In this document: in pieces, positions 51,785-60,964 of the stretch
How the letters are laid out: every line of letters begins with the position of its first letter
How positions within the stretch are numbered: the stretch's first letter is position 1
Assembly (NCBI GenBank): GCA_016292635.1
Contig: JAEDIC010000008.1
Coordinates: 150-64,149 of the forward strand
Reading direction: 5' to 3'
DNA: 64,000 bases
DNA from: Clostridia bacterium
Lineage (GTDB): Bacteria; Bacillota; Clostridia; Christensenellales; CAG-138
Made by a program: the position numbers and the translations under genes
The notes under the pieces: model-generated
Database searches by the model: none
The model's input: only the letters and a program-made list of their open reading frames with translations
Told to the model about the DNA's origin: nothing

Positions 51785-54148
51785 ATGATGGAGCCCAAGA
51801 TGATAATCCGCCGAATGGAAGAAGAGCTCAGGAGCGATTATCAAATCGAAATTGCCGAGGCAAATACTTATCAGCTGCATAAGGCGCTGTCCAATGCGGT
51901 AATGTACGCCATATCCGACAACTGGCGCAGGGCGCGGAGAAACCATGAGCACGTTCGCAGGGCATATTATCTTTCTGCGGAATACCTTATGGGCCGTATG
52001 GTGTTCAATAATCTGTACTGCCTTGGTCTGCTGGATGAGGTAAAGGAACTGCTCAGAGCAAGGGGATCCGACATAAATGCCCTCGAGGATATTGAGGACG
52101 CGGCCCTTGGCAACGGCGGCCTTGGCCGTCTTGCCGCCTGCTTCCTTGACAGCGCAGCCACCCATGACATTCCTCTGGATGGTTACGGTCTCCGCTATAA
52201 GTTCGGCCTGTTCAAGCAGAGCTTTAAAGACGGCTATCAGGTTGAAAAGGCAGACGACTGGCAGCGATACGGCGATCCCTGGAGCCGCCGTCGTGACGAT
52301 AAGACCGTTGAGATAACCTTTGCGGATGAAAAGGTACTTGCCGTGCCTTACGATATGCCCATAATCGGCTACGGCACCGACAACATAGGCACTCTGCGCC
52401 TCTGGCAGAGCGAGCCCGTTGAGGAATTCGACTTTAATCTGTTCAACGATCAGGAATATGACCTTGCCGTTCGCCAGAAGAACAAGGTGGAGGATATCAC
52501 CCGCGTGCTGTATCCCAACGACAGCACCTATGAGGGCAAGCTTCTCCGCTTCAAGCAGCAGTATTTCCTTTCCAGCGCCTCCATGCAGGATATTATCCGC
52601 CGCTATAAGAGGGTGAGGGGCAATGATATGTCCGGCTTTGCCGCCCATTGCGCCATTCAGCTGAACGATACCCATCCTACTGTATCCATTCCCGAGCTCA
52701 TCAGGCTGCTGATGAAGGAAGGCATGGACTTTGACGCAGCCCTTAAGATCGCAAGGGCGACCTTCAGCTATACCAACCACACTATAATGAGCGAGGCTCT
52801 GGAAAAATGGAATTACGACCTGGTGGCAAGCGTAGCGCCTGAGATAACCGGCATTATCAGCCGCATAAACGATGTGCAGAACGCCGAGCTTCGGGAAAAG
52901 GGCGTATCTCAGGAGCAGATAGACCGTATGCAGATAGCCACCGGCGGTCAGATACACATGGCACGCCTGGCGGTATTCGCAGGCACCTATGTAAACGGCG
53001 TTGCGGAGATACATTCCGGCATACTCAAGAGCGACCTGTTTAAGGATTGGTATGCCGTATCCCCAGAAAAGTTCCAGAACAAGACCAACGGCATCACCCA
53101 GCGCCGTTGGCTGGGCCTGTGCAATGGCGAGCTTACCTCCTTCATCAAGGACCGTATCGGCGACGGTTTCCTTAGGGACCTGAGCCAGATCTCCAGGCTG
53201 AAGGACCATATGGATGACGACAGCGTGGCCGGCTTCAATGCCGTAAAGCATATTAAAAAGGCTCGGCTTTCTGACATAATACGGGAAAAGGAAGGGGTAA
53301 ATATACCCTCATCTTTCGTGTTTGATATTCAGGTAAAGCGTCTCCATGAGTACAAGCGTCAGCTGCTCAACGCCCTGTCCATAATGGATATCTATTATTC
53401 CCTCAAGGACGGAAGCCTTACCGACTTTACCCCCACGGCCTTTATATTCGGTGCCAAGGCGGCCCCCGGATACCTCAGGGCAAAGAGCATTATCAAGTAT
53501 ATCAACGAGATTGCCAAGCTGATAAACTCCGATCCCGATATGCAGGATAAGCTCAGGGTGGTATTCGTACAGAACTACAATTGTTCCTATGCCGAGCATA
53601 TTATTCCCGCTGCGGATATATCCGAGCAGATATCCCCGGCAGGCACAGAGGCCAGCGGCACCGGCAACATGAAGTTCATGCTGAACGGCACCGTAACCCT
53701 CGGCACCTACGACGGCGCAAACATAGAGATCGCCGAGGAGGCAGGGGAGGAAAACAACTACATATTCGGCGCGCGTGTTGAGGATATCAACCGCATAAAG
53801 GACAGCTACAATCCCCGAGAGATATACGAGAGGGAATACCGTGTAAAGCGTGCTCTGGATACCCTGATAAACGGTACGGCAAGCGATGGAGGCACCGGCA
53901 AGTTCCGGGAGCTTTACGACGCCATTCTCAACGGCACCAGCTGGCATAAGGCAGACCATTACTATCTGCTGCTGGACTTCCTGCCCTATGTTGAAGCTAA
54001 GCTCCGCGCAAACCGCGACTATCGTGACCGCATAGCTTTCGGCCGCAAGTGCCTTATGAACACCGCAAGCGCAGGAAAGTTCTCCAGCGACCGTACCATT
54101 GCGGAATATGCAAAGGAACTCTGGCATATCGAACCCACAACAAAGTGA
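51785..54148 (+). CDS. glgP: Glycogen/maltodextrin (alpha-glucan) phosphorylase (787 aa)
   Basis: ORF 51683..54148 trimmed to the ATG at 51785 (GGAG 10 nt upstream). GT35 signatures include the PLP-lysine region EASGTGNMKFMLNG. A TGgTAAACT extended -10 lies at 51709-51717. Confidence 0.93.
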   Translation: MMEPKMIIRRMEEELRSDYQIEIAEANTYQLHKALSNAVMYAISDNWRRARRNHEHVRRAYYLSAEYLMGRMVFNNLYCLGLLDEVKELLRARGSDINALEDIEDAALGNGGLGRLAACFLDSAATHDIPLDGYGLRYKFGLFKQSFKDGYQVEKADDWQRYGDPWSRRRDDKTVEITFADEKVLAVPYDMPIIGYGTDNIGTLRLWQSEPVEEFDFNLFNDQEYDLAVRQKNKVEDITRVLYPNDSTYEGKLLRFKQQYFLSSASMQDIIRRYKRVRGNDMSGFAAHCAIQLNDTHPTVSIPELIRLLMKEGMDFDAALKIARATFSYTNHTIMSEALEKWNYDLVASVAPEITGIISRINDVQNAELREKGVSQEQIDRMQIATGGQIHMARLAVFAGTYVNGVAEIHSGILKSDLFKDWYAVSPEKFQNKTNGITQRRWLGLCNGELTSFIKDRIGDGFLRDLSQISRLKDHMDDDSVAGFNAVKHIKKARLSDIIREKEGVNIPSSFVFDIQVKRLHEYKRQLLNALSIMDIYYSLKDGSLTDFTPTAFIFGAKAAPGYLRAKSIIKYINEIAKLINSDPDMQDKLRVVFVQNYNCSYAEHIIPAADISEQISPAGTEASGTGNMKFMLNGTVTLGTYDGANIEIAEEAGEENNYIFGARVEDINRIKDSYNPREIYEREYRVKRALDTLINGTASDGGTGKFRELYDAILNGTSWHKADHYYLLLDFLPYVEAKLRANRDYRDRIAFGRKCLMNTASAGKFSSDRTIAEYAKELWHIEPTTK

Positions 54149-54168
54149 CATATTTATGACATTTGACG

Positions 54169-54194
54169 AAAAAGGGGCCTTCGGGTCCTTTTTT
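54169..54194 (+). terminator. Intrinsic terminator after glgP
   Basis: AAAAAGGGGCC-ttcg-GGTCCTTTTTT (G-U wobbles). Confidence 0.8.
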
Positions 54195-54281
54195 GTTGAA
54201 TTTCACTTTAAAAGATGGGCTTGCTAATATATAATAATATATTGGAAATAACCTTTTACAAACTGAAAGGAAACTAATACA

Positions 54282-55262
54282 ATGAGCAGCATCATCAACG
54301 TACTTGCCAGGGAACTTATGAACGACAGCTCTGTGAAGCAGATAGCCAAGGCTTCCGGCGTAAAGGCCAAAGAGGCGGAAAACGTTATCGGCAACGCTAT
54401 ACCTCTTCTGGTTCAGGCAATGTCCGACAACGCCGGCACAAAAGAGGGAGCGGAGTCTCTGTATGGCGCCCTTGGCGATCATAAATGCGACAAATCCGCC
54501 GCAGATCAGCTGAAGAACGCCGATACTGTGGACGGCGATAAGATCATAGGCAAGATATTGGGCGAAAACAAGCAGGGCGTTACCGATGCCCTGGCAAAGC
54601 AGGCAGGCATCACCCGGGGAAACACCGCCTCCATACTGGCGCTTCTTGCCCCCGTGCTGCTTTCTCTTATAGGGTCACAGACCAGCAATAACAACACTTC
54701 CTCCGGCGGACTGTCCTCACTGCTGTCCCTGTTCACAGATGACGATATCGGCCAGGATAACGGCACTACCAGCTCCAATTCCGGCATGGGTGATATCGGC
54801 ACCGCTCTGCTCATGAGTGCCCTTATGGGCGGAAACAGCAGCTCCGGCTCCGGCAATCTGCTTTCTTCCATGCTGGGCGGAGGTAATAGCTCCTCCGGTT
54901 CCGGTTTGGGCGGCGCTTTGCTGTCCTCCATGCTGGGCGGCGGCGGCAACTCCGGCAGCTCCACCGGTCTGGACGGCGCCCTCCTTGGCGATAACAGCAG
55001 CAACAGCGACAACGGCGCGGATCTGCTGAGCGCTCTCCTCGGCGGCGGCAGCAGCAATAATAACAGCAGCGGCGGCAGCTTCCTGAGTTCCGTGCTGGGC
55101 GGTGGCGGCGGAAATCTGCTAACCTCTCTGCTGGTAGACAATATGTCGGATATGCGTTCTACCAGCGGCAAGAAGGCCGGCGCAAAGAAGAAGGTATCCG
55201 CCAAGGAGAAAGAAGCGGGCGCAAAACTGCTGGGTGCGGTGATGAAGAACTTCCTTAAGTAA
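54282..55262 (+). CDS. DUF937 domain protein with a Gly/Ser/Asn-rich repeat region and a Lys-rich tail (326 aa)
   Basis: The N-terminal ~130 aa match the DUF937 pattern (two helical repeats: VKQIAKASGV...AIPLLVQAM and GVTDALAKQAGITRGNTASILALLAPVLL). About six degenerate LLSxxLGGG(N/S)SS repeats follow. Confidence 0.8.
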   Translation: MSSIINVLARELMNDSSVKQIAKASGVKAKEAENVIGNAIPLLVQAMSDNAGTKEGAESLYGALGDHKCDKSAADQLKNADTVDGDKIIGKILGENKQGVTDALAKQAGITRGNTASILALLAPVLLSLIGSQTSNNNTSSGGLSSLLSLFTDDDIGQDNGTTSSNSGMGDIGTALLMSALMGGNSSSGSGNLLSSMLGGGNSSSGSGLGGALLSSMLGGGGNSGSSTGLDGALLGDNSSNSDNGADLLSALLGGGSSNNNSSGGSFLSSVLGGGGGNLLTSLLVDNMSDMRSTSGKKAGAKKKVSAKEKEAGAKLLGAVMKNFLK

Positions 55263-55284
55263 TTTGCGATATAGCTGTTCTTCG

Positions 55285-55313
55285 TTGATATGAATGAAGA
55301 AAGTTGATATAAT
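55285..55313 (+). promoter_or_regulatory. Sigma-A promoter
   Basis: TTGATA (55285-55290), 17 nt, TATAAT (55308-55313). Confidence 0.55.
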
Positions 55314-55362
55314 TAATAAAGATGTGCCGCAAAGACACGAATTGAAGGGAGAAAATTGGATA

Positions 55363-56187
55363 ATGGCAAAGAAGATCGAGCGTGAAATAGTCAAGGCGTC
55401 TTCTGCAAAAAAGGAGACCGAAAAGGAAAAGGCACCTGTTCGTGAAAAGAAGCAGGAAGTAGAAAAGGTAGAGCATAAGGGCGACAGGCCCAAGAGAGCT
55501 ACCGGTCATCGTATTGCGGCTATCATTTTCTGGTTGTTGGCGATAGCGGCGGAAGTAGCCGTAATAATGCTGCTCAACGGCTATATGTATCTGCCCTATG
55601 ACATTAAGACCCTCATCATAATCGGCCTTGTAGTCGATATGGTATTCGTAATTGTAGGCTCCCTGTTTTGGAAGAAGGCAAACCGCATCAATCCTCCTTC
55701 CGAGAAGAACAAGGTATGGTTCTTCCTTTGCAGCCAGATGGGCCTTATCGTAGCCATAATTGCCTTCGTTCCCCTTATCGTTATCCTGCTGAAGGATAAG
55801 AGCCTGGATAAGAAGACCAAGAAGATAGTATCCGTAATAGCCGCCATCGCTCTGGTGATCGCAGGCGCCGCTTCCGTGGACTATAACCCCGCTTCCGCTG
55901 AGGATCTGGCTGAGGCAAAGGTTGAGGCCGCAGAGATGGGTTACGGTGACGCGGTGTACTGGACTCAATACGGCCGCAGCTATCACCTTGATCAGGACTG
56001 CCACACTCTTGCCCGTTCCAAGGTGCTGTATGAAGGCACTATGGACGAAGCATTCGAAGCAAAGCGCAATGATCCCTGCGATTACTGCGCTGACGGCGGC
56101 GCCGTAAGGTCTGCCGCTGCCGGGGAATCCGGCGTGCTGGAAGAAGTGGTTGAAGAAGTTGTAGAGGACCTTGAAGTGGTAGAATAA
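55363..56187 (+). CDS. Four-TM membrane protein with a Lys/Glu-rich N-terminus and a C-terminal Cys/His motif (274 aa)
   Basis: ORF 55294..56187 trimmed to the ATG at 55363. Four hydrophobic helices. C-terminal YWTQYGRSYHLDQDCHTLARS...NDPCDYC, then an acidic tail. Confidence 0.7.
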   Translation: MAKKIEREIVKASSAKKETEKEKAPVREKKQEVEKVEHKGDRPKRATGHRIAAIIFWLLAIAAEVAVIMLLNGYMYLPYDIKTLIIIGLVVDMVFVIVGSLFWKKANRINPPSEKNKVWFFLCSQMGLIVAIIAFVPLIVILLKDKSLDKKTKKIVSVIAAIALVIAGAASVDYNPASAEDLAEAKVEAAEMGYGDAVYWTQYGRSYHLDQDCHTLARSKVLYEGTMDEAFEAKRNDPCDYCADGGAVRSAAAGESGVLEEVVEEVVEDLEVVE

Positions 56188-56200
56188 CCTTACAATAACG

Positions 56201-56231
56201 AAAAGGCTCTCCGTTTACGGGGAGCCTTTTT
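56201..56231. terminator. Bidirectional intrinsic terminator
   Basis: AAAAGGCTCTCCG-ttta-CGGGGAGCCTTTTT. Confidence 0.8.
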
Positions 56232-56250
56232 ATCGAATGACTTTTCTGCT

Positions 56251-56805
56251 TTAGGAGTGCAGATATTTTACCATGTATACCTCGGTTTTATGCCGTCCGT
56301 CCTTCATTCGGGAGCCCCGCTCAAGGCGGCCCCACTGCTCGAAGCCAACACTTTTATAGAGGGCAATGCCTTTGTGGTTTTCTTCAAGGGCGGTAAGCTC
56401 TATCTGCTCATAGCCCATATCGAGGGCGCACTGTATGCAGGCTTCCGTAAGCAGCCGCCCAAGGCCCAGCCCCCAGAACTCCTTCAGTACTGCAATGCCG
56501 AATACCGCCCTGTGATGGAACTTTATCCTGCCGCTGTATGGGGCGAGGGAAGCGTTCGCGGCAAGTATTCCGTTTATAAATGCGGAAATCTGTACGCTGT
56601 TTGGGCTGGCCAGGATGCTTTCAAGAAAAGCGGATTCGTATTCCGGCGTTTCGGTTATCTCCTCCGAATAGCGGCCCACGCACTCGGTTTCTCCGGACAT
56701 GGCTTTCATGTAGCGTATCATCTGCTCCGCATCATCGGGGCCGGGGCTTCGGAGGGAAGCGATATCGCCGTTTTTCAATGTAACTGTGCGTTCCGTGTAG
56801 TTCAT
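56251..56805 (-). CDS. GNAT family N-acetyltransferase (RimJ/RimL-like, 184 aa)
   Basis: Full ORF. AGGAG lies 6 nt upstream. Acetyl-CoA-site motif WGLGLGRLLTEACIQCA. Confidence 0.85.
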   Translation of the reverse strand: MNYTERTVTLKNGDIASLRSPGPDDAEQMIRYMKAMSGETECVGRYSEEITETPEYESAFLESILASPNSVQISAFINGILAANASLAPYSGRIKFHHRAVFGIAVLKEFWGLGLGRLLTEACIQCALDMGYEQIELTALEENHKGIALYKSVGFEQWGRLERGSRMKDGRHKTEVYMVKYLHS

Positions 56806-56814
56806 ATGGCGCTC

Positions 56815-57900
56815 CTATTCCTTAAACAGATTTTTTATGCTTTCGGATATATTGGCGAAAAATCCGCCGGAGGATGCTTTCTGCATTGCAGATATAAAGG
56901 TGGTTTCCCCATCCATGGCAATATGCAGCGTGCCCAGTTCGTCTGTGCGGAATACTTCAACGCCGCGGTTTTTGAGCTTGTTCAGGGTGCTTTGATGGGG
57001 GTGACCATAGTCGTTGCCGCTGCCTACGGATATCACCGCGTATTTGGGAGCGGCTGCGGTAAGGAACGCATCGGACAGGGAGGAAAGTGAGCCGTGATGG
57101 GGCACTTTCAGCACGGTGCAGCGGAATTTATCCGCAGTGTTTCTTGCAAGGGCGGTATACTCTGCCGAATATACGCCGCCCCCTTCCGCGTCCCCCGTGA
57201 ACAGCATGGAGGTATCGCCGTATGACGCACGCATTATTACGCTGTAATCATTTATGCTTTCGTAGGCGATATCCTCAAAGGGAGAGAGTATTTCGATGAT
57301 CACGTCCTCATCCCAATCTATGGTTGGGGTGCGTGTGGCTGAAATATAGTTTACCCGTATTGCGCTGCCGTTCAGGGCGGATATCATGTCATCATAATCT
57401 GAGGAAGGGCTGGATACATCCGGCATATAGAACGCTCCAACCTCGAAGGAACTGAGTATACCCCTCATTCCTCCGACGTGGTCGCTGTGGGGATGGGTTG
57501 CAACTACCGCGTCGAGTCGTTTTATCCTGAGGCTTTTCAGCACGGAGCGCACGGAATAGAGGGCGGTGCTTTCTCCCGCGTCTATCAGCATGGTTTTGCC
57601 ATTTGGGGAGATGAGCAGAATGCTGTCGCCCTGGCCCACGTCTATAACGTATGCGTCAAGGGTGGGGCCATCTCCGCCGGGCTCCGCCGAAGGGGCGGGG
57701 GAGGCTGAAGCCGAAGGGGAGGAGACGGGGATATTCTGAGAGAATGCGGGCAGCTGGATGTCCCCAAAGAAATTGTCCGGCATGGCAAAAAGCACCGCCG
57801 ATATGAATATAACGATGATGAGGGCAACGAGGACTTTTCTGAAGAAAGAGCCCCGCTGTTTTTTCTTTTTGCTTTCAGATCTGGCTACCTTTGCCGCCAT
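56815..57900 (-). CDS. Membrane-anchored MBL-fold metallo-hydrolase (ComEC C-terminal-domain-like, 361 aa)
   Basis: N-terminal basic segment plus TM. VIDVGQGDSILL...THPHSDHVGG metallo-beta-lactamase motifs. GGAGGA RBS. Confidence 0.85.
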   Translation of the reverse strand: MAAKVARSESKKKKQRGSFFRKVLVALIIVIFISAVLFAMPDNFFGDIQLPAFSQNIPVSSPSASASPAPSAEPGGDGPTLDAYVIDVGQGDSILLISPNGKTMLIDAGESTALYSVRSVLKSLRIKRLDAVVATHPHSDHVGGMRGILSSFEVGAFYMPDVSSPSSDYDDMISALNGSAIRVNYISATRTPTIDWDEDVIIEILSPFEDIAYESINDYSVIMRASYGDTSMLFTGDAEGGGVYSAEYTALARNTADKFRCTVLKVPHHGSLSSLSDAFLTAAAPKYAVISVGSGNDYGHPHQSTLNKLKNRGVEVFRTDELGTLHIAMDGETTFISAMQKASSGGFFANISESIKNLFKE

Positions 57901-57972
57901 GCTTTCCTCCTAATTTATTGCGCCGTATATATTATACCATATGGGTACAACATGATAAAAGGGAAATAGCCA

Positions 57973-58001
57973 TTGACAATTTGCTGTGGGTCGGATAGAA
58001 T
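57973..58001 (+). promoter_or_regulatory. Consensus-like sigma-A promoter for the orphan ACP gene
   Basis: TTGACA (57973-57978), 17 nt, TAGAAT (57996-58001). Confidence 0.6.
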
Positions 58002-58067
58002 GTCATGGTATTTTTTATCAATATTTGCAGTAGTATTGAATATGCTGCAAAGCGGAGGACTTATAAT

Positions 58068-58289
58068 ATGCAGAACTTTGAACGCATCTGCGAGCTGATG
58101 AACGAGATCGCAGGTGTACCCAGAGAAAAGGTTACTCCTGAATCCACCGTGGATCAGCTTAACCTTGACTCGCTGGATGTGACCGAGCTTATCCTCAGCA
58201 TAGAGGACGAATTCGGCATACTGGTGGAGGACGACAGCGCAATACGCAGCGTTGGCGATCTGCTCCAAAGGCTTGATAAAACCGCATAG
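58068..58289 (+). CDS. Acyl carrier protein-like (73 aa)
   Basis: ORF 58005..58289 trimmed to the ATG at 58068 (GGAGG 9 nt upstream). Phosphopantetheine-site motif NLDSLDVTELI. Acidic helix II/III. Confidence 0.85.
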   Translation: MQNFERICELMNEIAGVPREKVTPESTVDQLNLDSLDVTELILSIEDEFGILVEDDSAIRSVGDLLQRLDKTA

Positions 58290-58296
58290 CGTACTA

Positions 58297-58333
58297 AAAA
58301 AGCGTTCCCGGAATCATCTGGGAATGCTTTTTA
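58297..58333. terminator. Bidirectional terminator between the ACP and SDR genes
   Basis: AAAAGCGTTCCC-ggaatcatct-GGGAATGCTTTTT. Confidence 0.8.
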
Positions 58334-58344
58334 TGTTGATTATG

Positions 58345-59076
58345 CTATATAACCAGTCCGCCGTTTACTCCCAGCACAGCGCCGGTTATAAAGGAGGACT
58401 TTTCTGAAGCGAGGAAAAGTATCGCCTCAGCCGCTTCCTCCGGAGTGCCTATGCGGCAGAGGGGAGTTTCGTCTTTGAGCTCCGCAATGTCATCGGGGGT
58501 GAGGTTATGGTTCATATCGGTATCTATCACCCCGGGCGCCACGCAGTTTACCCGTATGCCTGAAGGGCCAAGCTCCTTGGCAAGGGCCTTTGTAAGGCCT
58601 ATGATCGCCGCCTTTGAGGCGGAATAGGCCACCTCGCAGCTGGCTCCGGTAACTCCCCATATGGAGGAAACGTTTACTATGGCGCCGGATTTTCTATATA
58701 TCATTCCATCCAGCACTGCGCGGCAGCAATTATATGCCCCGTCAACATTTACGGCGAATGTGTGCCGCCAGATATGGGGAGATGTGTCCGTGAACATCAT
58801 ATCGCAGGATATGCCTGCATTGTTTACCAATGCGTCTATATGACCAAAGGCGTCCTCTGCCTTCCGCACCATGGCGGCGCAGGCATCGTGATTGGATATG
58901 TCGCACTGTATGGCTATGGCGGTACCCCCCGTGGCCTTTATTTCGCTTACAAGAGAAAGGGCCTCCGCTTGGGCCCGGTTATAATTGGCGGCTACCCACC
59001 AGCCCGCTTTTGCGAAGGCGAGGGCGGCGGCGCGGCCTATGCCCCGGGAAGCACCGGTTATCAGTACGGATGGCAT
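58345..59076 (-). CDS. SDR family oxidoreductase (FabG-like, 243 aa)
   Basis: ORF 58345..59106(-) trimmed to the ATG at 59076 (GGAGG 8 nt upstream). TGASRGIG, NNAG, and YSASK catalytic motifs. Confidence 0.9.
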   Translation of the reverse strand: MPSVLITGASRGIGRAAALAFAKAGWWVAANYNRAQAEALSLVSEIKATGGTAIAIQCDISNHDACAAMVRKAEDAFGHIDALVNNAGISCDMMFTDTSPHIWRHTFAVNVDGAYNCCRAVLDGMIYRKSGAIVNVSSIWGVTGASCEVAYSASKAAIIGLTKALAKELGPSGIRVNCVAPGVIDTDMNHNLTPDDIAELKDETPLCRIGTPEEAAEAILFLASEKSSFITGAVLGVNGGLVI

Positions 59077-59205
59077 AATTTTTACCTCCAGCAGTATTAC
59101 TTTCATACTGGTATAACATTATCATATTTTTAGCCGCCGCGCCACGATATACGTTGATTATCCCATTCTCAAGTATTAAAATCATGGATAGGACGGTGAA
59201 TTTAT

Positions 59206-60786
59206 ATGTTTGATATTCTCATAAAAAACGGAACGGTATACGATGGAAAGAACGCTCCCTTCCATGGCGACGTGGCTGTGTCCGGTGGAAAGATAGCCGC
59301 CGTGGGCAATATTCGCGCAGAGGCCAGGCAGACGATAGACGCCTCCGGGATGTGCGTTGCTCCCGGCTTTATAGACATACACCGCCATGGGGATATGGCG
59401 ATATTCTCAGATGGCTTTGGCGCTGCCGAGCTTATGCAGGGTCTTACCTCCATAGTAAACGGAAACTGCGGTATGGGGCCTTCTCCGGCAAGGGCGGACG
59501 ACCACGCGCTGGAACGGTATCTTAAACCGGTATTGGGAAAGAGGGCGCAGGGTGTGGATACCTCCTCGCTGGAAAGCTATCTTAAGGACCTTGAGAGGGC
59601 GGGAGCGCCACTTAATGTGGGTATGCTTGCGGGTTGCGGCACCATATGGGCAAATGTGCTTGGTTATGGCGGCAGGCGGCCGGAAAAAGCGGACGTCACG
59701 AAATTCCACTCCATGCTGGAGCGGGAGCTTTCGGCGGGCGCTTTGGGGGTATCTTTGGGCCTTGGCTATGCGCCTGAATGCTTTTTGACGACAAATGATC
59801 TTATAGAGGGACTTGCGCCACTGAGAAACGGCGATATACCAATAACCTTCCATATGCGTCAGGAGGGAGACGGAGTATGCGCCGCAATAGAGGAGGTTAT
59901 CGCCGTATCAAAAGCGCTTAACGCTCCTGTGCACATAAGCCACCTTAAAGCCATGGGCAAGCGCAACTGGAATAAGCGCATACCCGAAGGGCTGGATATT
60001 ATAAAGAAAGCCGCAGATGAGGGAGTGGATATAACCTTTGACGCTTATCCCTATACCGCCGGCTCAACCCAGCTTATGCACCTGCTGCCGCCGGATTTTA
60101 TTGAAGGGGGAACGGACAGGACGGTTTCCAGGCTGAAGGACCGGGAGCTAAGACGGGAACTTGATGAGCGCATAAAAAACGGAGGGGATTTTGACAACAT
60201 CGCCGGCATGGTGGGCTGGGATAATATTCTTATATCCGTAGTGAATACAGAGGCAAACAGGCCCTTTGAGGGAATGACGCTTGTGCGGGCGGCAGAGCTT
60301 CGCAACGAAACGCCGCTGGATTGTCTTTGTGATATTCTCATAGAGGAAAACTGCGCCGTTACCATGATAGACTTTATTACCTGCGATGAGGATATAGTAA
60401 GGATACTCAATACCCCCGGAGCAAGCGTCATATCGGATTCCATATACCCTATGGGCGGCAGGCCGCACCCCCGGCTTTGCGGCAGCTTCCCGAGGGTAAT
60501 CCAGCGATATGTAAACGAGCAGGGCAGCATGACCCTTCAAAGGGCGATAGAAATAATGACGTCAGCCCCCGCAGCCGCCCTCAGGCTGAAGGAAAAGGGA
60601 AGCATTGCCGTGGGCATGGATGGGGATATAACGGTATTCGATTCAAAGAAAATTCGGGAAAACGGCAGCTATGCAGAGCCGGATAAGCTTGCTTCAGGCA
60701 TGGAATATGTGTTGCTGGGCGGCAGGGCTAAGATATGGAAAGGGCGCATCGCGGGGGATGTAAAGGGCGCTGTTATACGCCGATAA
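59206..60786 (+). CDS. D-aminoacylase (N-acyl-D-amino-acid deacylase) family amidohydrolase (526 aa)
   Basis: MFDILIKNGTVYDG...GFIDIHRHGD (metal-binding HxH region). The length and layout match D-aminoacylase-type amidohydrolases. Confidence 0.85.
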   Translation: MFDILIKNGTVYDGKNAPFHGDVAVSGGKIAAVGNIRAEARQTIDASGMCVAPGFIDIHRHGDMAIFSDGFGAAELMQGLTSIVNGNCGMGPSPARADDHALERYLKPVLGKRAQGVDTSSLESYLKDLERAGAPLNVGMLAGCGTIWANVLGYGGRRPEKADVTKFHSMLERELSAGALGVSLGLGYAPECFLTTNDLIEGLAPLRNGDIPITFHMRQEGDGVCAAIEEVIAVSKALNAPVHISHLKAMGKRNWNKRIPEGLDIIKKAADEGVDITFDAYPYTAGSTQLMHLLPPDFIEGGTDRTVSRLKDRELRRELDERIKNGGDFDNIAGMVGWDNILISVVNTEANRPFEGMTLVRAAELRNETPLDCLCDILIEENCAVTMIDFITCDEDIVRILNTPGASVISDSIYPMGGRPHPRLCGSFPRVIQRYVNEQGSMTLQRAIEIMTSAPAAALRLKEKGSIAVGMDGDITVFDSKKIRENGSYAEPDKLASGMEYVLLGGRAKIWKGRIAGDVKGAVIRR

Positions 60787-60847
60787 GCGGGCAGAAAAAC
60801 GCTGCTGAAAAAAATTGCGAAAAGCTAAAAATTTTTTAGATTAGTGA

Positions 60848-60876
60848 TTGAAAAGTCAACGCCGCTGTTATATAAT
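60848..60876 (+). promoter_or_regulatory. Sigma-A promoter for ygeY-ygeW
   Basis: TTGAAA (60848-60853), 17 nt, TATAAT (60871-60876). It is followed by a TGTCAAT-N20-ATTGACA inverted repeat (60877-60910) in the ~85-nt leader. Confidence 0.55.
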
Positions 60877-60964
60877 TGTCAATAGAAAACGGCATTGAGC
60901 CTGATTGACACGTAAAACCGCATCTTAGTTATTTCAATTTTCAACAAAAAGAAAGGAATAAACC

